Of a DNA stretch of 64,000 nucleotides, positions 1 to 8,592 are shown piece by piece (positions within the stretch are counted from its first letter, which is position 1; every line of letters starts with the position of its first letter). The translations under genes and the position numbers were made by a program. The stretch comes from Arachnia sp. (GTDB lineage: Bacteria; Actinomycetota; Actinomycetes; Propionibacteriales; Propionibacteriaceae): positions 1,042-65,041 of the forward strand of contig JBDHZH010000008.1 of NCBI GenBank assembly GCA_039811745.1, in the 5' to 3' direction. The notes under the pieces were generated by a model. The model did no database searches. It was not told the origin of the DNA and worked only from the letters and a program-made list of their open reading frames with translations.

Positions 1-3
1 GGC

Positions 4-2745
4 TCAGTGCTCCTCGGGCTTTCCGCCGCGACGGCGGCTTCCACCTCGCGGGTGCGGTCCCTGCCTGCGGTCTCCGCCGTCGGCGGGGGCCTGAGAGTCG
101 ACGGGCTCGTCGAAGCGAACGTAGCCGCTGCCGTGGCAGCATTCGCACGCCTCTGTGAACGCCTCGGCCAGCCCGGTCCCGATTCGCTTGCGGGTCAGCT
201 GGACCAGACCGAGGCTCGTCACCTCGGCGACCTGGTGGCGCGTCCGGTCGCGGCCGAGACACTCCACTAGTCGTCGCAGCAGCAACTCGCGGTTGCTCGG
301 CAGCACCATGTCGATGAAGTCGATGACGATGATGCCACCGAGGTCGCGGAGCCGCAGCTGGCGGACGATCTCCTCGGCCGCCTCGAGGTTGTTGCTGGTG
401 ACCGTCGCCTCGAGGTTGCCGCCGGCCCCGGTGAAGCGGCCGGTGTTGACGTCGATGACGGTCATGGCCTCGGTTCGGTCGATGATGAGCGAACCGCCCG
501 AGGGCAGGAAGACCTTCCGGTCCAGCGCCTTGGCGATCTGCTCGTCGATCCGGTACTGGGTGAAGACGTCGGGGCCGCCGTCCGTGGCCTCGTGCTTCTC
601 GATCCGGTCCGCGAGGTGCGGCGCGACGTGCGAGACGTAGGCCTGCACCGCATCGAACGCGTCCTCCTGGCCGCCGTCGCCCTGCACGACCAGCTTGCGG
701 AAGTCCTCCGTGAACAGGTCCCGGACGATGCGGAGGGTCAGATCGGGCTCGCTGTAGAGCGCCTGCGGCGCCCTGCCCTGCTTGACCTTCTTCTCGATGA
801 CCTCCCACTGCGCCTTCAGGCGGTTGACGTCGCGCACCAGTTCCTCGGCGCTGACACCCTCCGCGGCGGTGCGCACCACCACGGACTCGTCGTCCGAGAT
901 GAGTTCGCCGAGGATCTCCTTCAGCCTGGCCCTCTCGATGTCGGGCAGCTTCCGCGAGACGCCGGAGAGGTGACCGCCGGGTGAGTAGACGATGTAGCGG
1001 CCCGGGAGGGAGATGTGGCCGGTTAGACGGGCACCCTTGGCACCGACCGGGTCCTTCGTGACCTGCACGACCACCGACTGCCCGGACTTGAAGACCTTCT
1101 CGACCTTGCGGTCCTCGGCAGTCACACCGAAGCCCTCCCAGTCGACCTCGCCCGCATACAGCACGGCGTTGCGGCCACGTCCGATGTCGATGAACGCCGC
1201 CTCCATGCTCGGCAGCACGTTCTGCACGCGCCCGAGGTAGACGTTGCCGATCAGGGAGGCTGCCTGCGCACGATCCACGTAGTGCTCGACGAGGATGCCG
1301 TCCTCCACGACTGCGAGCTGCGTGTAGTCCTCCTTCTGGCGGATCACGAGCTTGCGGTCGACCGACTCCCGCCGGGCCAGGAACTCGGCCTCGCTCAGGA
1401 TCGGGGCGCGCCGGCGGCTCGCAGCCCGGCTCTCCTTGCGGCGCTGTCGCTTCGCCTCCATGCGAGTCGAGCCCTCGATGCCCGTGACCTCGTCGCTGCC
1501 GTTGCCGGAGCCACCCTCATCGGATCGGCCGGTACGGCGGCGGCGACGACGACGGCGCGTCACACCCTCCCCGTTGTCCGGCTCCCCCTCGTGGCCCGCG
1601 TCCTCCCCACCGTCCTCGCCGACGTCCTCGCCGGCGTGATCGTCATCGGGAGATGTCCCGGATGCCTCCTCGGCCTCCTCCTCGGAGTCACCGGAATCGT
1701 CCGCGCCGATGCGGGAGCTGCTCCGGCGCCTGCGACGTCCGCCACGACGACGGCGCCTGCGAGGACGTCCGTCCTCGTCAGTGCCCTCGTCGTGCTCGTC
1801 CTCGTCCTCACGCTCCTCGTCGCGGTGTTCCGCGGCCTCCCGGTCGACGACATCCTCGTCCTCGGCGGGCTCCTCGTCGTCAACCTCGACCGGTTCGTCC
1901 TCGGCCGAAGCAATCGCCTCGGCCAGGAGATCGAGTTGGGCCTGTGTGTCGCCGGTGGGCGCCTGGAAGGGGTCACTCAGGTGCGCCTTGCGCGCCTTCG
2001 CGGCCTGTTCCGCCAGGCGCAGCGCGGCCGCTATGGCGTCCTCGTCGGGCCCAGGTTCCTCCGCGGGTTCCTCGGCCTGCACAGGTGCGGCGGAACCCCG
2101 GGTGCTGCGGCGGCGGCGCGTGGCAGCCGCCGGCGCAGGTGCGGCCTGCTGCTCGGTAGCGTGCTCGTCTGGGGCGGCCTCAGCGGGCACGACCTCCGGG
2201 GTGGTCGTCGCGTCCGAATCGGCAAGGACCGTGACCTCCGGGAGCGGTTCCGGGGCGGCAGCAGGTCGGGTGGCGCGACGTCGACGCGTTGTCGGCCTCG
2301 CCTCCGGGGCCTCCAGCGCGGCAGGAGTGAGGGGTGCGACGAGCGCCGCGGGTTCCGGCACCGCGGGGGGCGCGGCGATGGCGGGCGTCTCCTTCACGTC
2401 CTCCCTGATCGGCTCCGGGTCGGGGGCCGCAGCCGCCCGGGTCGCACGACGCCGACGGGTGGGTGCGGGGGCGCTGGTGCGCGTCTCCTGAACCCCGGCC
2501 ATGGACGCGTCAGGCTGCGCCCCGGACTCGGCCGGAGGCACGTCCGGAGTCGACTGCTCGTCCGGCACGGTCTGCTGCTCATCCCGGGCAGGCTGGGCCT
2601 CGACCCGTGCGGGCGGGGCCACCTGTGCCTCCGCCACGACGGCCGGCGGTGGTCCGGCCGGACGCGAGGCTGCTCGACGCCGCCTGGTTGCAGGCTGCAC
2701 GGGCTCGTTCTGGGTGGGCTCGTTGTCCAACTCGTTGGTTGCCAT
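4..2745 (-). CDS. rne: Ribonuclease E/G-family endoribonuclease (RNase E) with a long disordered N-terminal extension
   Basis: ORF 4..2865(-). The C-terminal ~449 aa (nt 4..1353) carry an S1 domain (LIGNVYLGRVQNVLPSMEAAFIDIG), the catalytic core (VIDVNTGRF, IIVIDFIDM) and a Zn-link (CECCHGSG). Start placed at ATG 2745 (MATNELD) because GAGGAG lies directly upstream; the ORF-track start at 2865 has no SD. Confidence 0.9.
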   Translation of the reverse strand: MATNELDNEPTQNEPVQPATRRRRAASRPAGPPPAVVAEAQVAPPARVEAQPARDEQQTVPDEQSTPDVPPAESGAQPDASMAGVQETRTSAPAPTRRRRATRAAAAPDPEPIREDVKETPAIAAPPAVPEPAALVAPLTPAALEAPEARPTTRRRRATRPAAAPEPLPEVTVLADSDATTTPEVVPAEAAPDEHATEQQAAPAPAAATRRRRSTRGSAAPVQAEEPAEEPGPDEDAIAAALRLAEQAAKARKAHLSDPFQAPTGDTQAQLDLLAEAIASAEDEPVEVDDEEPAEDEDVVDREAAEHRDEEREDEDEHDEGTDEDGRPRRRRRRGGRRRRRSSSRIGADDSGDSEEEAEEASGTSPDDDHAGEDVGEDGGEDAGHEGEPDNGEGVTRRRRRRRRTGRSDEGGSGNGSDEVTGIEGSTRMEAKRQRRKESRAASRRRAPILSEAEFLARRESVDRKLVIRQKEDYTQLAVVEDGILVEHYVDRAQAASLIGNVYLGRVQNVLPSMEAAFIDIGRGRNAVLYAGEVDWEGFGVTAEDRKVEKVFKSGQSVVVQVTKDPVGAKGARLTGHISLPGRYIVYSPGGHLSGVSRKLPDIERARLKEILGELISDDESVVVRTAAEGVSAEELVRDVNRLKAQWEVIEKKVKQGRAPQALYSEPDLTLRIVRDLFTEDFRKLVVQGDGGQEDAFDAVQAYVSHVAPHLADRIEKHEATDGGPDVFTQYRIDEQIAKALDRKVFLPSGGSLIIDRTEAMTVIDVNTGRFTGAGGNLEATVTSNNLEAAEEIVRQLRLRDLGGIIVIDFIDMVLPSNRELLLRRLVECLGRDRTRHQVAEVTSLGLVQLTRKRIGTGLAEAFTEACECCHGSGYVRFDEPVDSQAPADGGDRRQGPHPRGGSRRRGGKPEEH

Positions 2746-2982
2746 GTGGCTCCTCAAACGCCCTGAGGCGCAGGACTGGTGCGTGGCCGGGCCACGAACC
2801 AAGACTGACGGTCTACGGAGACACCCCTTGAGCAGCCGCGGTCGAGTGATCGTCGCGGTACACACTCAGGCAGCCTCCGGCGGCACCGGCGGTGCATGAC
2901 CTGGGGACATTGTTCCACAATCCGTTGACTCGTCACACATCCGCAACAGAGCGGCACCACGATCAGCTGTCCGCGAACACCC

Positions 2983-4245
2983 ATGACGGATGCGCGAGGA
3001 CCCTTTGGCACTAGGGTTCAGGACATGCGATCCGTGGGTGACCAGACGGGGCGGGCCCCCAACCCGGCATCGTGGACCATCCTCCTGCCTATCCTTCTAC
3101 TCGCCCTGAACCTGCGTCCGGTGGCGGTGTCGGTGGGGCCGGTCCTGACCGACATCAGCGCCGACCTCGGCATGTCGGGCGCCGCGTCGGGTCTCCTGAC
3201 TGCGCTGCCGGCTCTGTGCTTCGCGGCCTTCGGTGCCCTCACCCCAGAACTCTCGAGACGGATCGGGATGCACTTCACCGTCGGCGTCGCGCTGGTGGCG
3301 CTCACGGTCGGCCAGCTTGTCCGGGCCTGGGTGCCCACAGCCGCGGGATTCCTCGCATGGACGGTCGTCGCGCTTGCGGGCATGGCCATGTGCAACATCC
3401 TGCTGCCGGGGCTCGTCCGCCTCCACTTCCCCAATCGCATCGGGCTCGCCACCTCCCTCTATTCGTTGACCATGACGATCGGCGTGACCGCGGCGAGCAT
3501 CGGGACCGTGCCGCTGGCGCAGGCCATCGGGGGGTGGCGTGCCGCCTTCACCGCAGCGGCAGGCATCGCTCTGGCTGGCCTGCTCTGCTGGTTGCCGTTG
3601 CTGCGCCTGAACGCGGGCAGGCACGGCCGGTCGAGGAATGCAGGGGTCACCTTGGCGCAGGTGGCGCGCACGAGGATGGGTTGGCTGATGGCGGCCTTCT
3701 TCGGCCTCCAGAGCGCGCAGGCCTACTCGATCTTCGGTTGGCTTCCCACCATCTACATGGACGCCGGGTTGAGCCAGGTTCAGGCGGGAATCATGCTCGG
3801 CATCGCCACGGGGGTCGGGATCGTCCCGTCGTTCATGGTGCCGCGATACGTGGCACGCACCTCGTCGCCGGTGCGCGTGTTCCTGGTGATCATGGCGTTC
3901 CTCGTGAGCGGCTTCCTGGGGCTCTGGGTCCTGCCCACCACCCTGCCCTGGCTGTGGGCGACGTTCCTTGCACTGGGCAACGCCTCCTTCCCGCTGATCC
4001 TGGCCCTGCTCGGGCTGCGCACCAGGACCCCGTCCGGGACAACCTCGCTCTCCGGTTTTGCCCAGGCGGTCGGCTACCTGATCGCGGCCGCCGGGCCGCT
4101 GACGGTGGGCATCCTCCACCAGGCGACGGGGAGTTGGACGCCGTCGCTGCTGCTGTTGCTCCTGCTCACCGTCCCCATGACGGCCATCGGAGTGGCGTGC
4201 TGCCGCCCGTGGTTCATCGAGGACAAGATCCGTCCGGCCGCGTAG
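2983..4245 (+). CDS. MFS transporter, CynX/cyanate-permease-like family
   Basis: 420-aa polytopic membrane ORF. The N-terminal LNLRPVAVSVGPVL motif and about 12 hydrophobic segments are typical of CynX-type MFS proteins. Alternative start at ATG 3025. Confidence 0.8.
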   Translation: MTDARGPFGTRVQDMRSVGDQTGRAPNPASWTILLPILLLALNLRPVAVSVGPVLTDISADLGMSGAASGLLTALPALCFAAFGALTPELSRRIGMHFTVGVALVALTVGQLVRAWVPTAAGFLAWTVVALAGMAMCNILLPGLVRLHFPNRIGLATSLYSLTMTIGVTAASIGTVPLAQAIGGWRAAFTAAAGIALAGLLCWLPLLRLNAGRHGRSRNAGVTLAQVARTRMGWLMAAFFGLQSAQAYSIFGWLPTIYMDAGLSQVQAGIMLGIATGVGIVPSFMVPRYVARTSSPVRVFLVIMAFLVSGFLGLWVLPTTLPWLWATFLALGNASFPLILALLGLRTRTPSGTTSLSGFAQAVGYLIAAAGPLTVGILHQATGSWTPSLLLLLLLTVPMTAIGVACCRPWFIEDKIRPAA

Positions 4246-4254
4246 CGTTCTGCC

Positions 4255-4467
4255 ATGGGCGAGAACTCACAGCCGTCGAAGGCCCTCCTGAAGCTGCAGA
4301 GGTGGGAGGGCAGCGGCGCCATCTGGCGTGTCACCGCCCGGACCGGCGGTCGGGTGCGCATCGATCTGGTCACCTGCACCGGCGGCCAGGTCATGGAGAC
4401 GTTCGAGTCGGCCGATACGGACGTGCTGGCCTGGATCGGGTCCAGGGACTCCAGCGAAGGCGCCTGA
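4255..4467 (+). CDS. Small conserved hypothetical protein (70 aa)
   Basis: ATG ORF 9 nt after the MFS stop. GC-rich third codon positions, non-repetitive sequence (LLKLQRWEGSGAIWRV...LVTCTGGQVMETFES). It resembles small actinobacterial proteins I recall, but no function is known. Confidence 0.5.
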   Translation: MGENSQPSKALLKLQRWEGSGAIWRVTARTGGRVRIDLVTCTGGQVMETFESADTDVLAWIGSRDSSEGA

Positions 4468-4473
4468 CCTGCG

Positions 4474-5496
4474 TCAGCGCACGGCTCGGCGCCGCTCGAC
4501 CGGCACGCCCGAGCGTGCCACGCCCCGGCGGCGGGCGAGCCACTCGATCGCCAAGACGGCGGCCCCGAGGAACACCAGCTGCAGAAGAGCCACAGGGCTG
4601 GCCACTCCGGCCTGACGGTCGAAGATGCCGCCCCACTCCTGGAACGGGACGAGAGCCAGGCCAACCAGGTTGTTGGCCGTATGCAGAGCCACCGCGGCCT
4701 CCAGCCCGCCGGTGCGCCAGGTCAGGTAGCAGAACATCAGGCCCATGGTGAAGTACATGATCTGCAACCACAGGTCTCCGGCGCCGTGGAGCAGCATGAA
4801 GACCCAACTGCTGACCGCCGCCCCGAGAACGAGGGCGGGGACACGCCAGGGCAGGAGCGCCGCCAAGGAACGGTTCAGGATGCCGCGCACGAGATACTCC
4901 TCGCCTGCGGACTGGAACGGGGTGACCACGAGGATCGCAACGAGCAGCCACCCCCAGCCGGGCCGGAGGGACAGACCGAGGGAGTCCCAGCCGTCAACCA
5001 GCACCCCGAATGCCAGGTAGCCGAGCGTGGCCGCCATGGAGACGGCGAAACACGTCCACAGCCAGCCCCAGCGGACGCGGCCCACCACGGAACTGAGGAA
5101 GCCCGGGCGCTGCCGGGAGAGGAGTTGCAGCAGGAACGCGAGCGGGATCAGGAAACCGAGGGAGACGCTGTTGGCGACGAACATCACCCTCGACACCTCG
5201 CCGCTCATCAGCTCCGTCACCACTGCCCGGAGGCCGCCCGGGTTGGTGACCGCGTCCACGGCCATCCCGATGCCCGAGAACACCAGCGACACGACCAGGA
5301 AACCGACCACCCCCAACAGCACTGCCAGGATGGGACGCCACGGCGCCACCGTAGGTTGTCTCCAGAACCACGGGTACTCCCGCTCCACAGGTTCCGGGGG
5401 AGGCGGAAGGTACCACTGCGGCGCCAGCACGGCGGACTCCTGCCATCCGCCATCGGACGCCGGTGGGGTCGGGGGCTGCCAGACTGGATTGGTCAT
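4474..5496 (-). CDS. CPBP-family (CAAX/Abi-type) intramembrane glutamic endopeptidase
   Basis: Polytopic ORF with the three CPBP motifs: EEYLVRG, FMLLHG, ALHTANN. Its ATG overlaps the ndk stop (ATGA at 5493-5496). Confidence 0.8.
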   Translation of the reverse strand: MTNPVWQPPTPPASDGGWQESAVLAPQWYLPPPPEPVEREYPWFWRQPTVAPWRPILAVLLGVVGFLVVSLVFSGIGMAVDAVTNPGGLRAVVTELMSGEVSRVMFVANSVSLGFLIPLAFLLQLLSRQRPGFLSSVVGRVRWGWLWTCFAVSMAATLGYLAFGVLVDGWDSLGLSLRPGWGWLLVAILVVTPFQSAGEEYLVRGILNRSLAALLPWRVPALVLGAAVSSWVFMLLHGAGDLWLQIMYFTMGLMFCYLTWRTGGLEAAVALHTANNLVGLALVPFQEWGGIFDRQAGVASPVALLQLVFLGAAVLAIEWLARRRGVARSGVPVERRRAVR

Positions 5497-5900
5497 CGTT
5501 CCGGGAACCAGAGCGCGATCTCGTGGGCGGCGGAGGCGATGGAGTCCGAGCCGTGCACGGCGTTCTCACGCACGGACGTGGCGAAATCCGCCCGGATCGT
5601 GCCCTCGGCCGCCTGCGCCGGGTCGGTGGCTCCGTTGATCTCCCGCACGCTGGCGACGGCGTCCGCGCCGGCCAGCACCATGGCGACCAGCGGGCCCGAC
5701 GTCATGAAGACCCGCAGCGGCGGGTAGAACCCCTTGGAGACGTGCGCTGCGTAGTGGCGGTCCGCGAAGGCGCCGTCGATCGACCGCAGCTCCATGGCCT
5801 CGATCGCCAGCCCGGCCGCCTCGTACCGGCAGACGATGGCGCCGACGTGGCCGGCGGCCACGGCGTCGGGCTTGATGATGACAAAGGTCCGTTCCGTCAT
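5493..5900 (-). CDS. ndk: Nucleoside diphosphate kinase
   Basis: MTERTFVIIKPDAV..., active-site NAVHGSDS, about 135 aa. GAGGAG SD upstream of ATG 5900. Confidence 0.95.
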   Translation of the reverse strand: MTERTFVIIKPDAVAAGHVGAIVCRYEAAGLAIEAMELRSIDGAFADRHYAAHVSKGFYPPLRVFMTSGPLVAMVLAGADAVASVREINGATDPAQAAEGTIRADFATSVRENAVHGSDSIASAAHEIALWFPER

Positions 5901-5908
5901 TGGACTCC

Positions 5909-6220
5909 TCATGCAACGCCGTCCTGCCTGCGGGCGTCGAGACGCCTACCCAACACGAACGACATGATCCAGATCAAAGAGAAGATGATACCCATCGCAT
6001 ACATCCAGGGGGTCAGCAGGCCGAGGGCGATGCCGGCCGCCTGGGCCGCCCAGCCGAACGCATACCCCCAGCCGCGACGCAGCCCGAACGCACCGGCCAT
6101 GGCGAGGAGGCTCGCAACCGATGTCCAGAGCAGGGCCTTGGCGACCGGGACCTCGGAGACCTGGACCATGCCCGCGAACGCCAACCAGAAGACGACCAAC
6201 TCGAACAGGAGCACCGACAT
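5909..6220 (-). CDS. DUF4233-type small membrane protein (conserved between folC and ndk in actinobacteria)
   Basis: 103-aa tail of ORF 5909..7291(-) with 3-4 hydrophobic helices, in the position of the Mycobacterium folC-Rv2446c-ndk arrangement. Alternative TTG start at 6259 overlaps the folC stop (TTGA). Confidence 0.7.
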   Translation of the reverse strand: MSVLLFELVVFWLAFAGMVQVSEVPVAKALLWTSVASLLAMAGAFGLRRGWGYAFGWAAQAAGIALGLLTPWMYAMGIIFSLIWIMSFVLGRRLDARRQDGVA

Positions 6221-6255
6221 CAAGGTGGTGCGCAGCGGATTGGTGGGCGACAGCC

Positions 6256-7593
6256 TCAACGCTCGTCCTCCCCGTCGCGTACCAAGAGGTCCCGGGCCTC
6301 GCCCGCGGCGATGACCGAACCGGCGATCAGGACCCCGGCATTGGGACCGGCACCATCTGCGAGCATCGTGGCGAGTTCGATGGCGTCGTCCATCCGAGGA
6401 GCGCGGTGCACCCTCCCCGGCGGCCAGACCTCCTCCGCCAGTGCGGCCAATTCCTCGAAGGGCCGGGCCCGCGGCGAGTTCGCCGTCTGTGTGATGACCA
6501 CCTCGTCCATCTGCTCGGCGAACGTCTGCAACACCTGCTCCGCGTCCTTGTCGCGCATCATCGCAACCACCCCCACAAGGTGGCTGAACGCGAACGACTC
6601 GGCGACGGCGTCGATGGTTGCACGGGCGGCCGGCGGGTTGTGGGCGGTGTCGAGGACGATGGCGGGCGAACGACGGACGACCTCGAGCCTTGCAGGCGCC
6701 CTCACCTGCTCCAACCCCTCCGCGATGATCCCGGGCGCGAGGGGTTTGCCACCCAGGAATGCCTCGACGGCAGCTACGGCCAATGCGGCGTTGCGGGCCA
6801 TGTGCTCTCCGAACAGCGGCAGGAACAGATCGCCGATGGGGCCACCGGCGCCCTCGATCCGAAGCACCTGTCCCCCGACGGCCAGTTCCCTGGAGATCAG
6901 GGAGAAGTCGACCCCCTCCACGCGGACCGGCGCCCCGACCTCGACCGCGCGGGCCAGCAGCACCTTCGCGGCCTCCGGCACCTGGCCCGCCAAGACCGCT
7001 ACGGAGCCCTCCTTGATGATCCCGGCCTTCTCGGAGGCGACCTTCGCGAGCGTGTCGCCCAGGATGTGGGTGTGGTCGAGGCCGACGGGGCAGACCACCG
7101 AGACCTGCGGGTGCACGACACTGGTCGCGTCCCAGGTTCCGCCCAACCCCACCTCCACGACCGCGACATCCACCGGTGCATCGACGAAAGCCGCATACGC
7201 CATGCCCGTGATGACCTCGAAGAAGGTCATGTCGACACCGTCGTGCTTCTGGGCGTCGACCATGGCCACATACGGCGCGATCTCGCGCCACGTGGCATCG
7301 AAGGCCTCCTCGCCGATCGGCTCACCGTCGATGCAGATCCGTTCCCTGACATCGCTCAGGTGAGGGCTGGCGAACCGGCCCACCCGCAGTCCGGCCGCGC
7401 GAAGCAGCGAGTCGACCATGGCGCAGGTGCTGCCCTTGCCGTTGGTACCGGCCACCTGGATGACCGGGACGGCGTCCTGCGGGTTCCCGAGGAGATCCAT
7501 CAGGGCCGAGATGCGGTTCAGGCTCGGCGCCACCCGGTGCTCGGGCCACCGGTTGGTGAGGGCTGCAACCAATTGCACGTGTGAATCGTTCAT
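6256..7593 (-). CDS. folC: Bifunctional folylpolyglutamate synthase / dihydrofolate synthase
   Basis: ORF 6256..7788(-). P-loop [10 protein letters not shown] and a Mur-ligase-like core. Start set at ATG 7593 (MNDSHVQ), where homologous sequence begins. Confidence 0.9.
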   Translation of the reverse strand: MNDSHVQLVAALTNRWPEHRVAPSLNRISALMDLLGNPQDAVPVIQVAGTNGKGSTCAMVDSLLRAAGLRVGRFASPHLSDVRERICIDGEPIGEEAFDATWREIAPYVAMVDAQKHDGVDMTFFEVITGMAYAAFVDAPVDVAVVEVGLGGTWDATSVVHPQVSVVCPVGLDHTHILGDTLAKVASEKAGIIKEGSVAVLAGQVPEAAKVLLARAVEVGAPVRVEGVDFSLISRELAVGGQVLRIEGAGGPIGDLFLPLFGEHMARNAALAVAAVEAFLGGKPLAPGIIAEGLEQVRAPARLEVVRRSPAIVLDTAHNPPAARATIDAVAESFAFSHLVGVVAMMRDKDAEQVLQTFAEQMDEVVITQTANSPRARPFEELAALAEEVWPPGRVHRAPRMDDAIELATMLADGAGPNAGVLIAGSVIAAGEARDLLVRDGEDER

Positions 7594-7681
7594 GTCGGTT
7601 GGAAGCCTACCGTCAGGCCCCGATTCGCCCGCCCGGTTAGGATGGGGCGGGTTGAACCCGGAAACGAGAAGTGGAGACCAA

Positions 7682-8500
7682 ATGGCCAACAGTTCTGGAT
7701 TGAGCAAACGCGCGGCGCTGCGACAGCAACAGGAGCTGGAGGAGCGACGCAAGCGCACCAACCGGATCGTCGGGATCGGCCTCGGCATCGTCGCGCTGGC
7801 GGTGGTCGCGATCCTGGCCGTGGTGGTCCTTCAGACGCTGGCCAAGTCGGGCAACTCGACAGCCGGACCGTCCACGGGGCAGACGGCCGCTCAGCAGACC
7901 CCGCCGAACGCAACAGAGAACTTCGGCATCAACATCGCGAGCAAGGGCACCAAGCCTGCGGCGGACGCACCGCACCTCGTCGTCTACGAGGACTTCCAGT
8001 GCCCGGCCTGCGCCAACATGTACGCCAGCTACGGCAAGGCGCTGTATCAGCTGGTGGACGAGGGCAAGATCACCCTCGAGTACAGGATGGCCACCTTCCT
8101 CGAGTCCCGGCTCGGGAACACGTCCTCCACGGACGCGTCGATGGCCGCCATGGCGGCCGACGCAGTCGGCAAGTTCCGAGAATTCCACGGCGTCGTCTAC
8201 ACGAACCAGCCGCAGGAGGGCGTGGGCTACACCCCGCAGCAGCTGCGCGTCGACTTCCCTGCCAAGGCAGGCATCACCGGCGACGACCTCAAGAAGTTCC
8301 AGGAGTTGTACGACACCCGGGCGTTCGCCGACTTCGTCAAGAACGCGGGCGAGCAGTTCACCAAGAACAACATCGGCGGCACCCCGACCTACATGGTCGG
8401 GGACAAGCAGCTGAAGTTCTACGACAGCGCGACCAAGACCGTGTTGATCCAGAACACCGCCGACGACCTGCTGCGGGCCATCAAGGAGGCCAACTCCTGA
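7682..8500 (+). CDS. DsbA-family thiol:disulfide oxidoreductase, membrane-anchored
   Basis: In-frame part of ORF 7418..8500(+). Start at ATG 7682 with a GGAGA SD. N-terminal TM helix ([21 protein letters not shown]), thioredoxin-fold CPAC active site ([12 protein letters not shown]). Confidence 0.85.
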   Translation: MANSSGLSKRAALRQQQELEERRKRTNRIVGIGLGIVALAVVAILAVVVLQTLAKSGNSTAGPSTGQTAAQQTPPNATENFGINIASKGTKPAADAPHLVVYEDFQCPACANMYASYGKALYQLVDEGKITLEYRMATFLESRLGNTSSTDASMAAMAADAVGKFREFHGVVYTNQPQEGVGYTPQQLRVDFPAKAGITGDDLKKFQELYDTRAFADFVKNAGEQFTKNNIGGTPTYMVGDKQLKFYDSATKTVLIQNTADDLLRAIKEANS

Positions 8501-8522
8501 GGCCTCCCTTCCCTCGCCACGG

Positions 8523-8558
8523 CCGCCGTCCACACCATCCGTGTGGGCGGCGGTTTCG
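8523..8558 (+). terminator. Stem-loop downstream of the DsbA-like gene
   Basis: 13-bp stem CCGCCGTCCACAC / GTGTGGGCGGCGG (one G-T pair), 5-nt loop, followed by TTTCG. Confidence 0.55.
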
Positions 8559-8592
8559 CTTGCCGCCGTGGGGCTTCACTAAGATCGCGGGC

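Noticed and set aside
1282-2766. 494-aa + strand ORF (plus 1653..2159 and 1709..2491) antisense to the rne N-terminal region
   Set aside because: The translations are Arg/Gly/Leu/Pro low complexity and lie entirely inside a gene with clear motif structure and an SD. This is typical shadow-ORF behaviour in ~70% GC DNA.
2909-2921. Inverted repeat ATTGT-TCC-ACAAT and a nearby TTGACT hexamer in the rne / MFS divergent region, as operator or promoter
   Set aside because: The arms are only 5 bp, and no properly spaced -10 partner was found for the TTGACT. Insufficient to call a regulatory site.
5463-7584. + strand ORFs 5463..6314, 5900..7363 and 6121..7584, overlapping ndk, DUF4233 and folC
   Set aside because: They are antisense to three syntenic, motif-supported minus-strand genes. 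The translations are Arg/Pro/Gly-rich with no motifs.
8501-8592. Possible T-box or attenuator leader upstream of valS
   Set aside because: The intergenic region is only 92 nt. Its one strong hairpin is better explained as the terminator of the upstream DsbA-like gene. I saw no specifier-loop or T-box sequence.
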